Below are positions 39,889 to 53,355 of a DNA stretch of 64,000 nucleotides, piece by piece. Under the pieces are notes generated by a model. That model ran no database searches, was not told the origin of the DNA, and was given only the letters and a program-made list of their open reading frames with translations. Source of the DNA: Eledone cirrhosa (taxonomy: Eukaryota); NCBI GenBank assembly GCA_964016885.1, contig OZ024746.1, positions 26,412,001 to 26,476,000 on the forward strand. The letters are read 5' to 3'. The position numbers and the translations under genes were made by a program. Each line of letters starts with the position of its first letter. Within the stretch, counting starts at the first letter, position 1.

Positions 39889-41240
39889 GTGTACTGACAA
39901 CAACACACACATAGCAGTTGAATTTCATTATTTATCATGTAAATAACCCATTCCCGATCAGTTATGTGATCGTGTGCTTATTTAATTCTCAAATGTCTTT
40001 CTTCACATATTTTCCCATTTATCCAATGATTATTCTTGAGTATCTTCTCTTCCTTTTGTTTTAGTTATTCTCTCTTATCTATCTATGTGTGTTGCTGAAG
40101 AAAGATACATGACTGAAAAGACATTGAATATCGTCGACTTTTCTGATGACTGACGACTTTTCTGGTGACTGAGTATAGAGATTTTGCGATATCTGAGTAA
40201 GAGATCAACATCATATAGGGGACAAGAGGAGTTGAAAGTAACAGAGTGGAGGTGGTTCAAGAACAGCTAGTAACAATGACATGGTGACATTTTCATGCAG
40301 TTCAAGGTGAATAACACTAGCATCGTAGATTTATAATAATTATAGACTCAAATGGAATAGACAGTGTTTTGGGAACAGATTTTAATATCTTAAAGTTATA
40401 CTGTCACCAGGAGAAACCTTCACGGTTGGGGAGGTGACATTCAGTGTTCTATTATCATGTAGTTGCTGCTAAATGAGAGTTTACGATATTGTTTGATTAT
40501 TTGTGTAGTAATTGGGAAATTCCTACACTATAATCATATTTACAGTCAAATGATCTCCACATTGGAATATCTCGACATTTTTCTAGGTATTGTTTATCTT
40601 GATATTTATTATGAAATCTGTTTATTATTTTGTTTAGTTGTTGTTTCTGTGTAGAAATCCCCAATATTCCTAATTTAAATATTTATCACTGATGCAGAAT
40701 GTAATCCTTCTCTTAAAATATAATTGTTTCTACTTTTGGCACAAGGCCAGCAATTACTCAGTGCATTACTGGTACTTTATTTTATCGACCCCGTAAGGAT
40801 GAAAGGCAAAGTTAACCTCGGCGGGATTTGAACTCAGAATGGCAAGGACCGTAACTCTATGCGTCAAAGCATGGCGTCCGACCCTCTACCGATACTGCCA
40901 ATTCACCTCCACTTCTCTTAAAATATAATAAAATATTTCTCGTATTAATTACTGATAAAGTTTAAATATTTCCTTGTTTAATTAATAACCTCTTTATACC
41001 TTTTTTTCTCCTCCAGATTGGCAATATACATTGGTTTTATGTCTCTCAACATGGATGACATTGATCCATGGATTACCTATACAATCTACAACAACAACAA
41101 CTGAATTATCTGATATATCTGATATAAAAACTGAAATAGATACGGCATTGACGTTAACAAAAAGAACCACAGCAGCCGTAAACAATACTTTGATTAATTA
41201 TGTAAGTTAAGAATTCATTACTTTTCCCAAAATTTCCCGT

Positions 41241-41276
<36 letters not shown>

Positions 41277-41299
41277 TTCTCTTTCTCTCTGTATCAATT

Positions 41300-41337
<38 letters not shown>

Positions 41338-42709
41338 GCCCTCTCTCTATCAATTTCTCCCTCACTCTATCTCACTCTATTACTGACTATATATATATAT
41401 ATATATATAATTATGATTATTTATAATAGATATATTAGTATAATCTAAATTAAAATAATGTGTTCCATATATCATGTCAGACTCTCCATCCTATCTCATA
41501 AAGTGTTATATATTTTTCTACAGTGTAACAATACTCCATTGCTGTTTGCTAAAAGCTGTCCACAATTTATAAACAAGTTACTCCACAATATGGATGTTAA
41601 ATTTCCACAGATGAATATTCAGGACAATATCACCGTCAACAACATTGATTTATTAAAGGTTTGTATATATATATTTCTGTCATTAGCACAATATCATAAA
41701 ATTAAGACAAAACAATATATTATCTCTAAATATCTTATGTTTATTGTCTCATGAACTCATAATACATTTTATAGAAATGACAGTGATTCTGAAATATATA
41801 ATTTCTCACAATTCTTCATTACAGATGTCTCTGTTCAACATGTCTACAACCCTTAATAAATATGTTGTTGTGATGAAGAATCAGGTGAAGAGAGAATATG
41901 ACAATCTGTGTGCTCCTGCCACACGTATAGGAGCACAGTGTTACTACCCAGCTGCTTGTTCTAAACTCACACGAACATCAGATGCTATATTCTATTGTTA
42001 TTTAAGACAGACTGTTTATTACTTGTTTGATCTGAAAATTCTGCTAAGTTTACCAGTAAGTATTGATAATATATCCTAACTGTATTCTCACATTATTTCT
42101 ATGTTGTCTACTATTTATGATATCTCAATGTAAATCATTGTTAATTGATTTGATATTTCCTATAATGAAAAGAAATTTCTACAGTGGATAATTTATATAG
42201 GAGTTATACTACTAACATTTACGTTAAGTAACGACAATTCTTTGATAATGCATATTTATATCGAATAAAACTCAGACTGAATAAACAGCATTAATAACAT
42301 ACTTCGTTATATGGTCTAATGGTTAGCACTCTGGACCTTGAATCCAGCGATCCGAGTTCAAATGTCGGTGGAAGCAATTTTATACTATATATATATATAT
42401 ATATATACAAACATACGTATATATATATATATATATACGTATATATATATATATACATACATGTCTGTGTGTGTCTGTGCGTGTGCGTGTGTAAGATGAT
42501 ATCAGTATATTTTAACCCGATATATATTTGATTGTTTTCAGATATTTCAGATATCTTCAAACGTCCAAAACGATGTAGCTGTGGATGATAGTCTCTTTGA
42601 ACCAACAGATATTCCAATCATTGAACATCGATGGTTTACCATGGTTACACTACATACTCTTCTTGAACATATAAACCATATTCAACAAATACTTAAATCA
42701 TACATGTGA
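39546..42709 (+). CDS. Secreted 240-aa protein, putative long-chain four-helix (class-I, IL-6/Upd-like) cytokine; exons 39546-39549, 41017-41201, 41524-41658, 41825-42055, 42542-42709
   Basis: All GT-AG junctions, phases 1-0-0-0, open frame. Signal peptide [20 protein letters not shown]|LP; six Cys; N-glycosylation sequons NNT, NIT, NMS; amphipathic C-terminal helix [26 protein letters not shown]. An alternative in-frame acceptor exists at 42551. The gene model is well supported; the cytokine identity is inference. Confidence 0.8.
42305..42376 (+). pseudogene. tRNA-Gln(TTG) pseudogene in intron 4 of the cytokine-like gene
   Basis: Matches eukaryotic tRNA-Gln (taatggttagcactctggac.ttgaatccagcgatccgagttcaaat.tcggtggaa), but with acceptor-stem mismatches, C instead of U33 and a T-stem mismatch. 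Confidence 0.8.
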
Positions 42710-44199
42710 AATATCTAATGCTCAATCTATAATATTCCTTGGTACCCCTGTCAGTTAGACACCCAGATACAAGTGTATCGTTATAAATATGTAGAAGTGT
42801 TTCAGCTTCAATTCTCAACAATACTGTTGTAATTTTGTAAATATATTTTCTAAGAAATATGAATATTTTATCTAATTTCTCTGTAATGCTTTATATATAA
42901 CAGAGAACTCTACATTTATATCCTATGTAATATTATGTATCATTTCTTTAAATTTAGAATCCTACTAAAATGGTATTATTGATAACACCAAACTGGAACT
43001 GTAAAATATATATCTATATTTTAGATAATTATTTATATAAATATTTTATATTTATATTTTTTTATTGAAACATTAAAGATATTGAATTTATATTACGTTC
43101 GACTTTTTTAAACCTTACTTTCGTTTGTTTACAATTTATTATAATGTGTAATGTATTCATATTATATATATAATATACTTTGAAATGTATATCATATACA
43201 GTATATGATTGAAGGTTTATTTCACAATAAACTTCACTATAACAATATTGGTGATGGTCTGGCAAACATGAAAAAACTCTGACACAGGGTTGAGATATTT
43301 ATATCGAACTTTCCAAAATAATATTTACTGCCAACTGAAAGAAGCAGAACGTTCTTGCTGATTTCATTATATTGAACGTTAATCTGTTCAATTTATTATG
43401 ATTGTTACGAAAAGTAACACCTACATTCGTAATTATATATTTCCAAAGGCTTGAACTTTAGCGGGACTATATGTTTTTCAAATTGTGGCTTCATTGAATG
43501 TCAGTTAATTTCTAAGTGTGTATACCGGCATAAAAATATTTCCTACTGCTGATCTAGCAGTTTTAATTCTAATGAGACAAGGAGCCAGTTTTGGAAGTAT
43601 CATTAAAATTAAATTGTTTGAATTACACGTTTTATAATCATTGTCATAAAACAAACGGCTGAACATCTTTACCGATGATTTGTAACCAAACATACGAGAG
43701 AACCAACAACATTATTTTTTGTTATCGTCAATTTTATTCAACTGTCACTTGTAAGAAGCTATGGCAGGTAAATTTAACTTTGAAACTATTCTATTTTGGG
43801 AGCATTCTGATAAGATTTCTTGCAGGTCTCTATATTTTGGTATTCGTCACTGTGGCTAAGTTGAATCAGGTCGATTTAATTCATTTTCTTATAAATATAA
43901 ACTACAAAATCTATTGAAGCGTAATTTTAATATTATGAGTGTTCGATTTCAACATCAGAATAATATGACCTTTTCTGAAATGAAAAATTTAAGATAGTGT
44001 TTCTACATTTATTGTTACTACAATGGCGCCATACGAGGGTCGTACGTTTCGTTGAACAGGAGCGGCAACCTTTTCAATCTGTGCCGAAGTAAATGAAGCA
44101 ATAAATGTTTACTTAGAAGATCTATGGAAGACAATTTGATCGGGATAATCTTTCAGGAGTAACAACAGATACGTTATTAAAAAACTTATAGTGGGCTAG

Positions 44200-44710
44200 A
44201 TCGCTTAACAAGAAAAAACACATCCATACAGTACACTAATACCACCAGATCTAGCAACCGTCATATGGTAATATTGGATACGTCTGTACCCTGAATATGA
44301 AGTCTCGCCTCCTGCATAAGCAACAGAGCCCCAAAGTATATAAATGTTCTTGTAAAAAATCGGAGTCATACCTGCTGGATCAACAATGCAACACACCAAC
44401 GATAATTTACAAAGCTGAGGTCTTTTCATTGAGACTATACCACCGAAACGAATCCTGGAAATATGTCTGTATTTCAGAGAGCCGTTTTAAAAACCACCAC
44501 GTTAATCATGAAACGATATTCAGATACCAAAATAAAAGAAACACCGCAATTTAGCGCATAAAATATGGCAAATCAAAAACGACACCGTAGATTTCTCCAT
44601 CAAATTTCAGATAACAGAACAATTTTGACCATACATAAATGGGCTCAAGGCCTGCAGATTATGCAATGACACGAAATGGTGGATATTGAGTAATCTCCAC
44701 AACAATAGAG
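44200..44710 (+). pseudogene. Penelope-like element GIY-YIG endonuclease relic
   Basis: CSCKK..LDQQCNTPTIIYKAEV..WKYVCISESRFKNHHVNH..F..CRLC resembles the Penelope CxC..C..IVY..YIG..FK.RY.NH pattern; decayed. Confidence 0.65.
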
Positions 44711-45506
44711 ATGTGTGTGAGTGTGTGTGTGTGAGTCACGGGTTCAATCAGCGGTAACCACTGTTAGTAAGGGAATCAATACATTATAAGAGAGTAAACA
44801 CCATGTTTACACTCTAATATATTGAGAGAAAGAAATGATCAGGAAAGCCGGTCAGCTGTCTTGATGATTTCTTTTGAATGAAAGAATTTCCTTCCTGTAG
44901 AAGCTATTTCTATATTAAACATAATATATGTGTGTGTGTATGTGTGTGTGTGTGCGTGTGTTTTATAATAATAATAATAATAATTGTTTCTACTTTTGGC
45001 ACAAGGCCATCAAATACCCAGTACATTACTGGTATTTTATTTTATCGACCTCGTAAGGATGAAAGGCAAAGTTAACCTCGGCGGGATTTGAACTCAGAAT
45101 GGCCAGGGCCGTAACTCTATGCTGCAAAGCATGGCGTCCGACCCTCTACCGATACTACCAATCCACCAATAATAATAATAATAATAATAATGATTTCTTT
45201 CTTTATTTATTATTTATTTATTTATTTATTTTTTTATTTAAATAATAATAATAATAATAATAATGTTTTCTTTATTAACCACAAGGGTTTACATAAAGTA
45301 GACATTAAGGACAGTACAGGACAATACAGGACGGTACAAATGGGCATTTCTGCGTGTAAAAAACGGAGGTTGAAATAAAATAACAAAGAAAAATTCCCCA
45401 ATAGGGGGGAGACTTCCGAGGGACATTTGTGGAGAAAGCCCATTAAAAGACCACAGTGGCCCTGACCACCAGGGCAAGTGCCCTCTCCCAGTTTTCCACC
45501 CTTAAT

Positions 45507-48500
45507 TTACAGACACATACTCAGATAAGGCCCATTCATTCGGGCCATACTTGCTTCTCTCACCCATCTTTCAACAAAATGCTGGGAAGAGAGCACTTCC
45601 CTCTCTACCCTGACTTTCCTTTTCAAATGAAATTTGAAAAAGTTAATCAGGGCATCACCGAAGAGGTAAGTGCTCGTCTTCAGCCCTTTCAAACGTGTCC
45701 ACCATACTATCTCTTTCGCCATGGCCACCAGACAGATAAAAACTGCCTGCCCTTCCCGGCTAAAGGAAGGGGGCGGGGCAATCCTCACGATGGACTCAGC
45801 TGATAGCTGGATCCGTCCTACACGTGACAGCAGGTGTTCGACATAAACCCACAAGTCAGCAATGCTCGGACACTGGACGAGTGCGTGCAGGACGGTTTCG
45901 TCGCCCTGCGCGCATCTCGGACATGCCCGGCTGACGGCACCTCCATGCCTGTAGAGTTTATCCCGAACTGGCAAAGCTCCACGGTAGCACTGCCAGGCCA
46001 GGGATTTCTGGAAGTTGTCCATAGGCCCCGGCCCGAAAGTCCTTCCGAAGAGATTGGCTAGCTGATTTTCGTCGACGCCTAGAGTTTCTCCAAGTACGTC
46101 GTCGCTCATCCCCTCCACTAATCCCCTATAGAACGCCAAGGTGGAGTTTCCACCGATCACATTGCCCGATTGGCCGAGGGCTGTGAGCGCCTGAAGACAT
46201 TCCAGTCTCCAAGCGCTCCCTCTCGGTCTTCGCTTGACCCAGGACTGCAGCTCCGTCAAGGAGACGAGCTGGGGAAAAACGTGTCTAGCAAACGGCGACC
46301 ACACCTGATCACCGTCGAGGAAGAGGTGGAGATGTCGTAGCCTGAGCGCGTGTCTGCGCATCATCAGCCACGGCATGCCCAGCCCTCCACGTAGCGGGTG
46401 TTGACAGCAGATGGACCGCCTGACCATCGGAGCGCGTCCCTTCCACAAGAAGCGAAAGAGCAAACGCTCCAGCGCAGTCAGGTGGGGCTTAGGACAAGGT
46501 ACGACGGTCAGGCGGTAGTAGATGACGGATGCGATGTACGCATTCGCCACCTCCGCTCGACCTTTCAGGGATAGCTTCCTCTCGGCCCATTTCTGGGTGA
46601 GAGAAGCCACCCTGCTCGTCACCTCGTCCCAGTTTTTGTCCGTCTGGAGGTCTGGACCGAACCAGACCCCTAACAATTTAACCGGTCCGTCCGTCCAGCG
46701 TCCGACGACGCTGTTGGGCGGCATGGACCTGCCTCTCCAGGTGCCGAGCTGCAGGCCCACTGACTTTTCCTGGTTGATCATTGCTCCTGTCACCGCTTCG
46801 TATTCTCTTAGTGTAGTGCCGATCGCCTCGATGTGTTTGGCGTTCGACACCACTACGGTGACATCGTCGGCATATGCTGACACGGATCTTCCGCATCCTA
46901 GTTCGCGCGGGACCCCCCTCAACGTCTCCAGTTTGTGCAGTAATGGCTCGAGAGTCAATACGTACAATAGGGACGAGAGGGGACATCCTTGGCGGACCGA
47001 GCGCATGATGTTGAACGGTTCCGAAAGGTGACCGTTCACTCTCACTACAGAGCAGATGTCGCTCTGCATGGCAGCGATCCAGCCTCTGAAGACGGGCCCA
47101 AAGCCAGCCGCCCTCAGGACTGCCGCTAGGTAACGATGGTCGACCCTATCGAAGGCTTTCGACTGATCTAAATTGATCAAAGACCCACCCGTGCCAGGTT
47201 CCCTAGCTACCCTCTCTACGATGTATCGCATGAGGTGGAGGTTGTCGTGGATGGATCTGTCGGGAATGGCGCATGTCTGTGCCTCTCCCACCAGACCACC
47301 AACGACAAGCGCCAACCTCTTTGCTAGCACCTTGGCCAAAATCTTGAACTCTGTGTTTAGCAGAGTTATGGGCCTAAAATTATCTATGTTATCCCCCTTG
47401 TTCGGATCCTTTCTCAGCAGCGCCACCGCTCCTCGGCTCACAGAGCTGGGAATTCTCCCGTTCTGTTGCCAGTTGCAGTAGACGTCCGCCAAGAGGCCTC
47501 CGAACAAGTTTGGCATTTGTACGTAAAGTTCATAGGGCAGACCATCCAAACCAGGCGATTTACCCCTTGTGCAACTAGTCATTGCATCCCGTACTTCAGC
47601 GGTTGTTATCGGCTTTTCGCAACACTCCGCCTCAGTGGCCGAAAGCCGCGGCAGTCCGTCGAGGTAGACACTAAAGTCCATCCCTCGATCCGGCCCGCCA
47701 CTGCCCCCGAACAGTTGAGCGAAGTGTCGCTGAAAAGCTTCACACATTTGCCCGGGATCGAGTAGCATGCGCCCGTCGTGGTCCACCAAAGACCGGATCG
47801 TGGTTTTGTTGCCACGACGCGCCTCCGCCACTCGGGCCCATTGAACGGCTTTCGTCCCCTCGTGTCTGAGAGCACGCACCCTAGCTCTGACAACGCAGCC
47901 TTCGTGCTTTGCATTGAAGAATTGGTCAAGGGCCAATTTCGCCGCAAGTACGTCGGTCGCGATGCCTTTGCTAAGCGCCTCATCTAATTTTCTAACTAAT
48001 TCTCCCTCTGCTCTATTTTTCTCTATTGCTAAAGTCTTACTAAACCTAATGGACTCTATTCTAATTGCTCTTTTCAGAGCAAACCACCACTTGTTGTTGA
48101 CGATGGCCCCCGTCAACGCCCGCTTAACTAGTTCGCTAATCCGGTCTCTGTAGGCCTTGCGCGCTGGTAAGGACGCGTTTAGCTTCCAGTAGCCGGGTCC
48201 TCGTCTATGAAGCCTATCTAAGTCAAGCACACAGATCACGAATTTGTGGTCCGTGTAGCTGACTATCTTGAATTGTGGACAGCCTATGCTAGACCTATCT
48301 ATTTCCCTACAAAATACTCTATCTAGATATGATCTGGATGACCCTATGCGATTTGTCCAAGTCCACATTGGTACATTCGGGAAATCCATTCGGTACCTGT
48401 CAGACAGTTCAAAACGTCTGAGCAGGTTGGTGAGACTCTTTCACCCTCCTTCCCTATCCACTAATCCCACACAATCCCAGCGTGCATCTAAGATCCCGTT

Positions 48501-48926
48501 CCAGTCGCCCACTAACACTAAAGAGCGGGACGTTCCAAGAAAGGTCTCCAGACGCCGGAAGAAATCAGGCCGCCCTGCTCCTGTCGGGGCATAGACGGCC
48601 ACTAACCTGAAAGCTTGCCCGTCTCCGCTGGTCACGTCCAGCACCACCAACTTACCTTCTGGGTCCAGGAAGATGGCCCGTATGGCAAGATCCAAACCTC
48701 TCCGAAAAAGCACAGCAACTCCTCCCCCCGATCCCGGACGGCTGGGAGATGCGTACACATCGTAGCCGCCGAAGATCGGTGCGAAAGCCTGTGCTTCGGA
48801 GATTCTGGTCTCGCTGATGGCCACTACATCTATGTTTAGTGACCTGAGGTCGTTGAGCAGGTAGCCCTGCTTCCATGACGACCCCAAGCCACGCGCATTT
48901 ATGCTGCCTATTCTGAGTGAGGTCAT
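45507..48926 (-). CDS. LINE ORF2 (AP endonuclease, reverse transcriptase, CCHC finger), one frameshift near 48445
   Basis: SINARGL, SETR, VYAP, GDWN (48926-48441); YLDRVF, TDHK, GYWKLN, KSPGLDGL, FRPITLLN, DQSKAFDRV, VRQGCPLS, YADD, CPRC..H...C (48389-45507). Confidence 0.92.
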
Positions 48927-48960
48927 GTTGAAAAGGAGTGGAAAAGATGGGAAAGACCAC

Positions 48961-50954
48961 TTACCTTACTTCTCGTAGGGGAAGGACGGCTTTTCCATCC
49001 TTTTCACTGCTTGTGGCCTCCTCAGGAAGGATGTCCTTATAAATCCTCCTGGAGAGTGCTTGTCGGAAGTCTCCGATGTCTTTGGGGAATTTTTGTTTTA
49101 GTGTCATGTACGTTTTCTGTGTGATGCGAGTGATTTGTATGTGTGGAGGTGGTGTGAATTTTGGGGTTGTTGTGTAGTCTTTTTCTGTGATGCTGGTGTT
49201 GTGTTGGATGTAGTGTAATAATTGCTTGTTGTACAAATTTAATGCTGTGTAGTGTGTATCGTTTTGGTTGTTTTGTTTTGTTTGCGTTTGTTGTGGGTTT
49301 GTTTCTGTTTCGCATTTTGGTGACTTTTGTGGTGTAGGTGATGGTGGTGTTGGAGTTAATGATGGTGATGGTGTTGGTGTTTGGGTTGATGGGGTTGGTG
49401 ATGCTGGTGTGGATGGTGGCATATCTGTCCTAACTTTTTTGTTTCTTAGTTTATTTGTTTCCCTCTGTATTTTGTTTTTGGAGGGGGAAGGAAGAGAATT
49501 TTTTCTTTTTTGGTTTCTTTTTTTTTTTCCGGATATCGTTTCCCACTCCTCGTCGTCACAATCTGTCTCCAGTTGTGATAGGCCGGGGAGTGGAAAATCC
49601 TCCACAGCCGTTAGTTTTGGTTGTGGTGTGGTGGATGGTGTAGGCGCTGGTGCTAGTTCTGAAGCGTTGGGTGGTGGTGGTGTTGGTTTTGCTGGTGGTG
49701 GTAGTGGTGTTGGTTTTGCTACTGTTGCTGGGGTTGTTGCTGTTATAGTTGCTTCTGTTGTTGCTGCTACAGTTGTTGCTGCCATCTCTGCTACTGGTGG
49801 TGTTGATGGTTGTGTCACTGGGTGGGTAGGAGAGGTGGCCTCAACCTTTTAGCCTGAGGGCAGAAAGCCCTTAGGTGGGTTCCTTCACCACAAACGACAC
49901 ACCTAGGTCTTCTGCCCTCGACAATTACCGTGAGGTGGCTGCCGTCAGTGAGGTCTATTACCTCTGGGATCTCCTCAATGCTTTTTTGGTCCGCTTGGAT
50001 CAGGAGCTCCATCCCAGATCCGGACCAGTTTTCCTGCTTTTCTTTTGCTACTGCTATTATTTTCGTGTTGGCTTCGATGCCGGCGAGGACAGCCGCTATT
50101 AGCCAGGGAATTTCGATGGCCGGTGGAACGTGGGTCACCCTGATCTTTACGAGTCTCTGGCCACAATAGCTTGGGACGAGTGTGAGGTCGTCACTTTTTA
50201 ATGGGGCCATGGAGTGTTCTCTAGCCTCCTCTGGTGTTTCAAAGAACACATCCACGGTTCCATACTTTTGCCCACGTCTGATGTGGGTTTTTCTTGCCCA
50301 CACATGTCCCAAAGCTTTTTGGATTTGGGACTCGGATGCCCGTTCCACTCGGCGCGATTTTACATTTATTGTTCTATACGACACGGTGCACAGGCGCCGA
50401 TGCTCCATTTTATTAGGTGGGGGGGTGAGGCTGACCCTGTACCCATCTTTCTTTACCATTTGTTTGGCATTTTCTAAATCTTCTTGAGTTACCGTGAACG
50501 CTTCGAATTGTTTTGCTACGATGGCGAAACTGAGGGTCGGTTTTATAATGTCATTGTTGTTGTTGTTGCTATCGTTATTTGTGTTAATCTTAATTTTTGT
50601 TTCAGTTGTGGTGGTGGTGACGTCATTCGTCTTTGGTGCGGAAGAGTCCATTTTGCTTGATTTCATTTCGACATCACGAGTTAATTTATTTTTTTCTTCT
50701 TTTGTTTCTGTTGTCGCGGTGGTGGTGGGGGTGGTGGTTGTCGCGGTGGTGGTGGTGGTGGAGGCTTTAACACCTGCAGTCATTGGTAATGGCGGGAAAT
50801 GAATGTCTGCCTGAGACAAATTTAAAATATTGCTACTGCTTATATTTTTTTTTGTGTTGGCAAACGTAGTAACATTTACAATGGTGGTGTCGGTGTGAGG
50901 TGTTATTTTGTGAGGAAGGCTTTCAGCTGCTTCGTGCAGAGGGGAATTAGCCAT
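48961..50954 (-). CDS. LINE ORF1 (RRM-like region plus CCHC zinc knuckle), split into 50954-49815 and 49818-48961
   Basis: VEGRRPRCVVCGEGTHLRAFCP knuckle typical of Tx1 ORF1; the Pro/Thr-rich, basic C-terminal part lies in a different frame. Confidence 0.8.
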
Positions 50955-51371
50955 TTTTTTTCAAAGAAATTTTTGGATAATAATAAAAGTTAAAATTTTG
51001 GGCACAAGGCCCCAATCTTTTTGGGTGTCCTTTTCGGAAAACAATGTATGTGTGCTTATAAACAGTTAACAATAAAATTTTCCATAAATGGCAATTTTTA
51101 ACAAACGGAAATAACAAACCTTTGCGGAGCTCACGATGATACGATTTACTACGTAGGTCGCCAATAATAATAATAATAATAATAACTCACCAATAATGAT
51201 AATAATAATAATTGTTTCTACTTTAGGCACAAGGCCAGTAATTACCCAGTGCATTACTGGTAATTTATTTCATCGACCCCATAAGGATGAAAGGCAAAGT
51301 CAACCTCGGCGGGATTTGAACTCAGATCGTAAAGGGACGTAACTATGCTGGAAAGCATTAATAATAATAAT

Positions 51372-52951
51372 GATTTCATTTATTAGCCACAAGGACCGAC
51401 ATGTAGGGGACAATACAAAGACAGGGACAGTGGGGATTTGCAATAGGTCGAGTAAAAGTGCACAATGGCAAGACTAATTTAACAATGAAGATATAAAAAT
51501 ATGAAATAAACTATGCATAAATATAACAAAATAAATTCTCCAATAGGGGGTGGACGACCCTGGGGTTACTCGGGTACCCCACCAATCCTGCACCACCCTG
51601 CGCTTCTAGGGCACCCAGGGAGAGCACCCCTCTCCTCAAATTAGCTAGCCTATAGGCGCATGGTCAGAGTAGGCCCATTCACACGAGCCATTCTCGCCAC
51701 ATTCATCCACCTTTTAGCAAATGTAGTGGGGGGCAGCACTTCTCTCTCCACCCTCACCTTCCTTTCCAGGTGAAACTTGAAGAAGTTGATGAGGGATTGG
51801 CCGAAGAGAAAAGTGTCTGTCTTCAGTCCTTTTAATCTGGTCCACCATATAACCTCTTTCGCAACTGCCACCAGACAAAGGAAAATTTCCTGCTCTTCCT
51901 GACCTAAGGGAGGCGGCGGGTCGATCTTCACTATGGACTCGGCCGATAGCCGGATTCGTTCCACACGCGACAGTAGCTGTTCGACATAACTCCACAAGTC
52001 ATTAATGCACGGACATTGGACAAGTGCGTGCAGAACGGTTTCGTCGTTCTGTGCGCATCTTGGGCAGGCCCGTCTGGCAGCACTTCCGTGCCTGTAGAGT
52101 TTATCCCGAACCGGCAGTGCCCCCCGGTAGCACTGCCAAGCGAGGGATTTCTGGAAATTATCCATCGTCCCCGGTTCGAAAGTCCTCCGGTACAGACTGG
52201 TCAGTTCGACTTCGTCGAGGCCCAAAGCTTCTCCGGGTGCGTCATCGCACTTGCTCACCACTAATCTTCTATAAAACTCGAGAGTGGAAGTTCCACTCAT
52301 CGCATTGCCCGCTTGGTAGAGGGCAGTGAGTGCCTGGCAACATTCCAGGTGCCAGTCACCCAGTCTCGGTCTCTTCTTGACCCAATACTGCAGCTCAGTC
52401 AAAGAAATGAGCTACGGGAAAGGCCCGTCTGATAAACGGCGACCACACATGTTCACCGTTTAGGCAGAATATCTGGAGATGTCGCAGCCTCAACGCATGT
52501 CTGCGCATCATTAGCCACGGCATGCCCAGCCCTCCACGTAGAGGGTGCTGGCAGCAGATGGACCGCTCCACCAACGGAACTTGTCCCCTCCACAAGAATT
52601 TGAAGAGGAGCCGTTCCAACTTGACGAGGCGCGGATGTACACATTCGCCCCTCCGCGCGACCTTTCAGTGATAGCTTCCCCCCAGCCCATTTTTGGGTGA
52701 GACTGGCTACTCTGCTCGTTACCTCGTCCCAATTCTTTTCCACCTGGAGGTCTGGTCTGAACCAAACCCCGAGCAACTTTACCGGTCCGTCCGTCCAGCG
52801 CCCCACGACGCTGTTGGACGGCATGGGCTTGCAGCTCGGAACCTGGAGAGGCAAGCCCACCGACTTTTCCGGGTTAAGTTTGGCTCCTGTCAACCTTTCA
52901 TATTCCTTCAATAAGGTGCCGACCACCTCGATTTCTGAGGTGTTCGACACC
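51372..52951 (-). mobile_element. 5'-truncated, internally deleted Tx1-type LINE (related subfamily); a further small 3' fragment at ~54190-54292
   Basis: ORF2 C-terminal peptides nearly colinear with the 45507 ORF (WTDGPVKLLGVWF, LGMPWLMMRRHALRL, MDNFQKSLAWQCYRG). Confidence 0.9.
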
Positions 52952-53355
52952 ATAATAATAATTGTTTCTACTTTAGGCACAAAGCCAGCAATTACTCAGT
53001 GCATTACTGATACTTTATTTTATCGACCCCGTAAGGATGAAAGGCAAAGTCAACCTCGGCAGGATTTGAACTCAGATCGTAAAGGGACGTAACTATGCTG
53101 GAAAGCATGGCGTCCGACCCTCTACCGATACTGCCAATAATAATAATAATTGTTTCTACTTTTGGCACAAGGCCAGCAATTACCCAATGCATTACTGGTA
53201 CTTTATTCTATCGACCCCGGAAGGATGAAAGGCAAAGTTAACCTCGGCGGGATTTGAACTCAGATCATACAGGGAGGTAACCCTATACTTCAAAGCTTGG
53301 CATCCGATCCTCTACCGATACTGCCAATCCACCGCCTTTAATAATAATAATAATA

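Larger units (their letters stand above)
45265..51160 (-). mobile_element. Near full-length Tx1/L1-clade LINE (~5.9 kb)
   Basis: ORF1 region, APE, RT and CCHC in the expected order; 3' end ttaataaagaaaac; both ends abut (AAT)n tracts. Confidence 0.92.

Noticed and set aside
40143-40175. CTGATGA motifs here and at 14627 and 23060 as hammerheads
   Set aside because: No pairing stem II followed by GAAA and no stem I closure.
42305-42376. Functional tRNA-Gln gene
   Set aside because: Multiple acceptor-stem mismatches and loss of U33; kept as a pseudogene.
45456-50802. Numerous plus-strand ORFs over the LINE
   Set aside because: Antisense shadows of the GC-rich LINE ORFs with no recognisable motifs.
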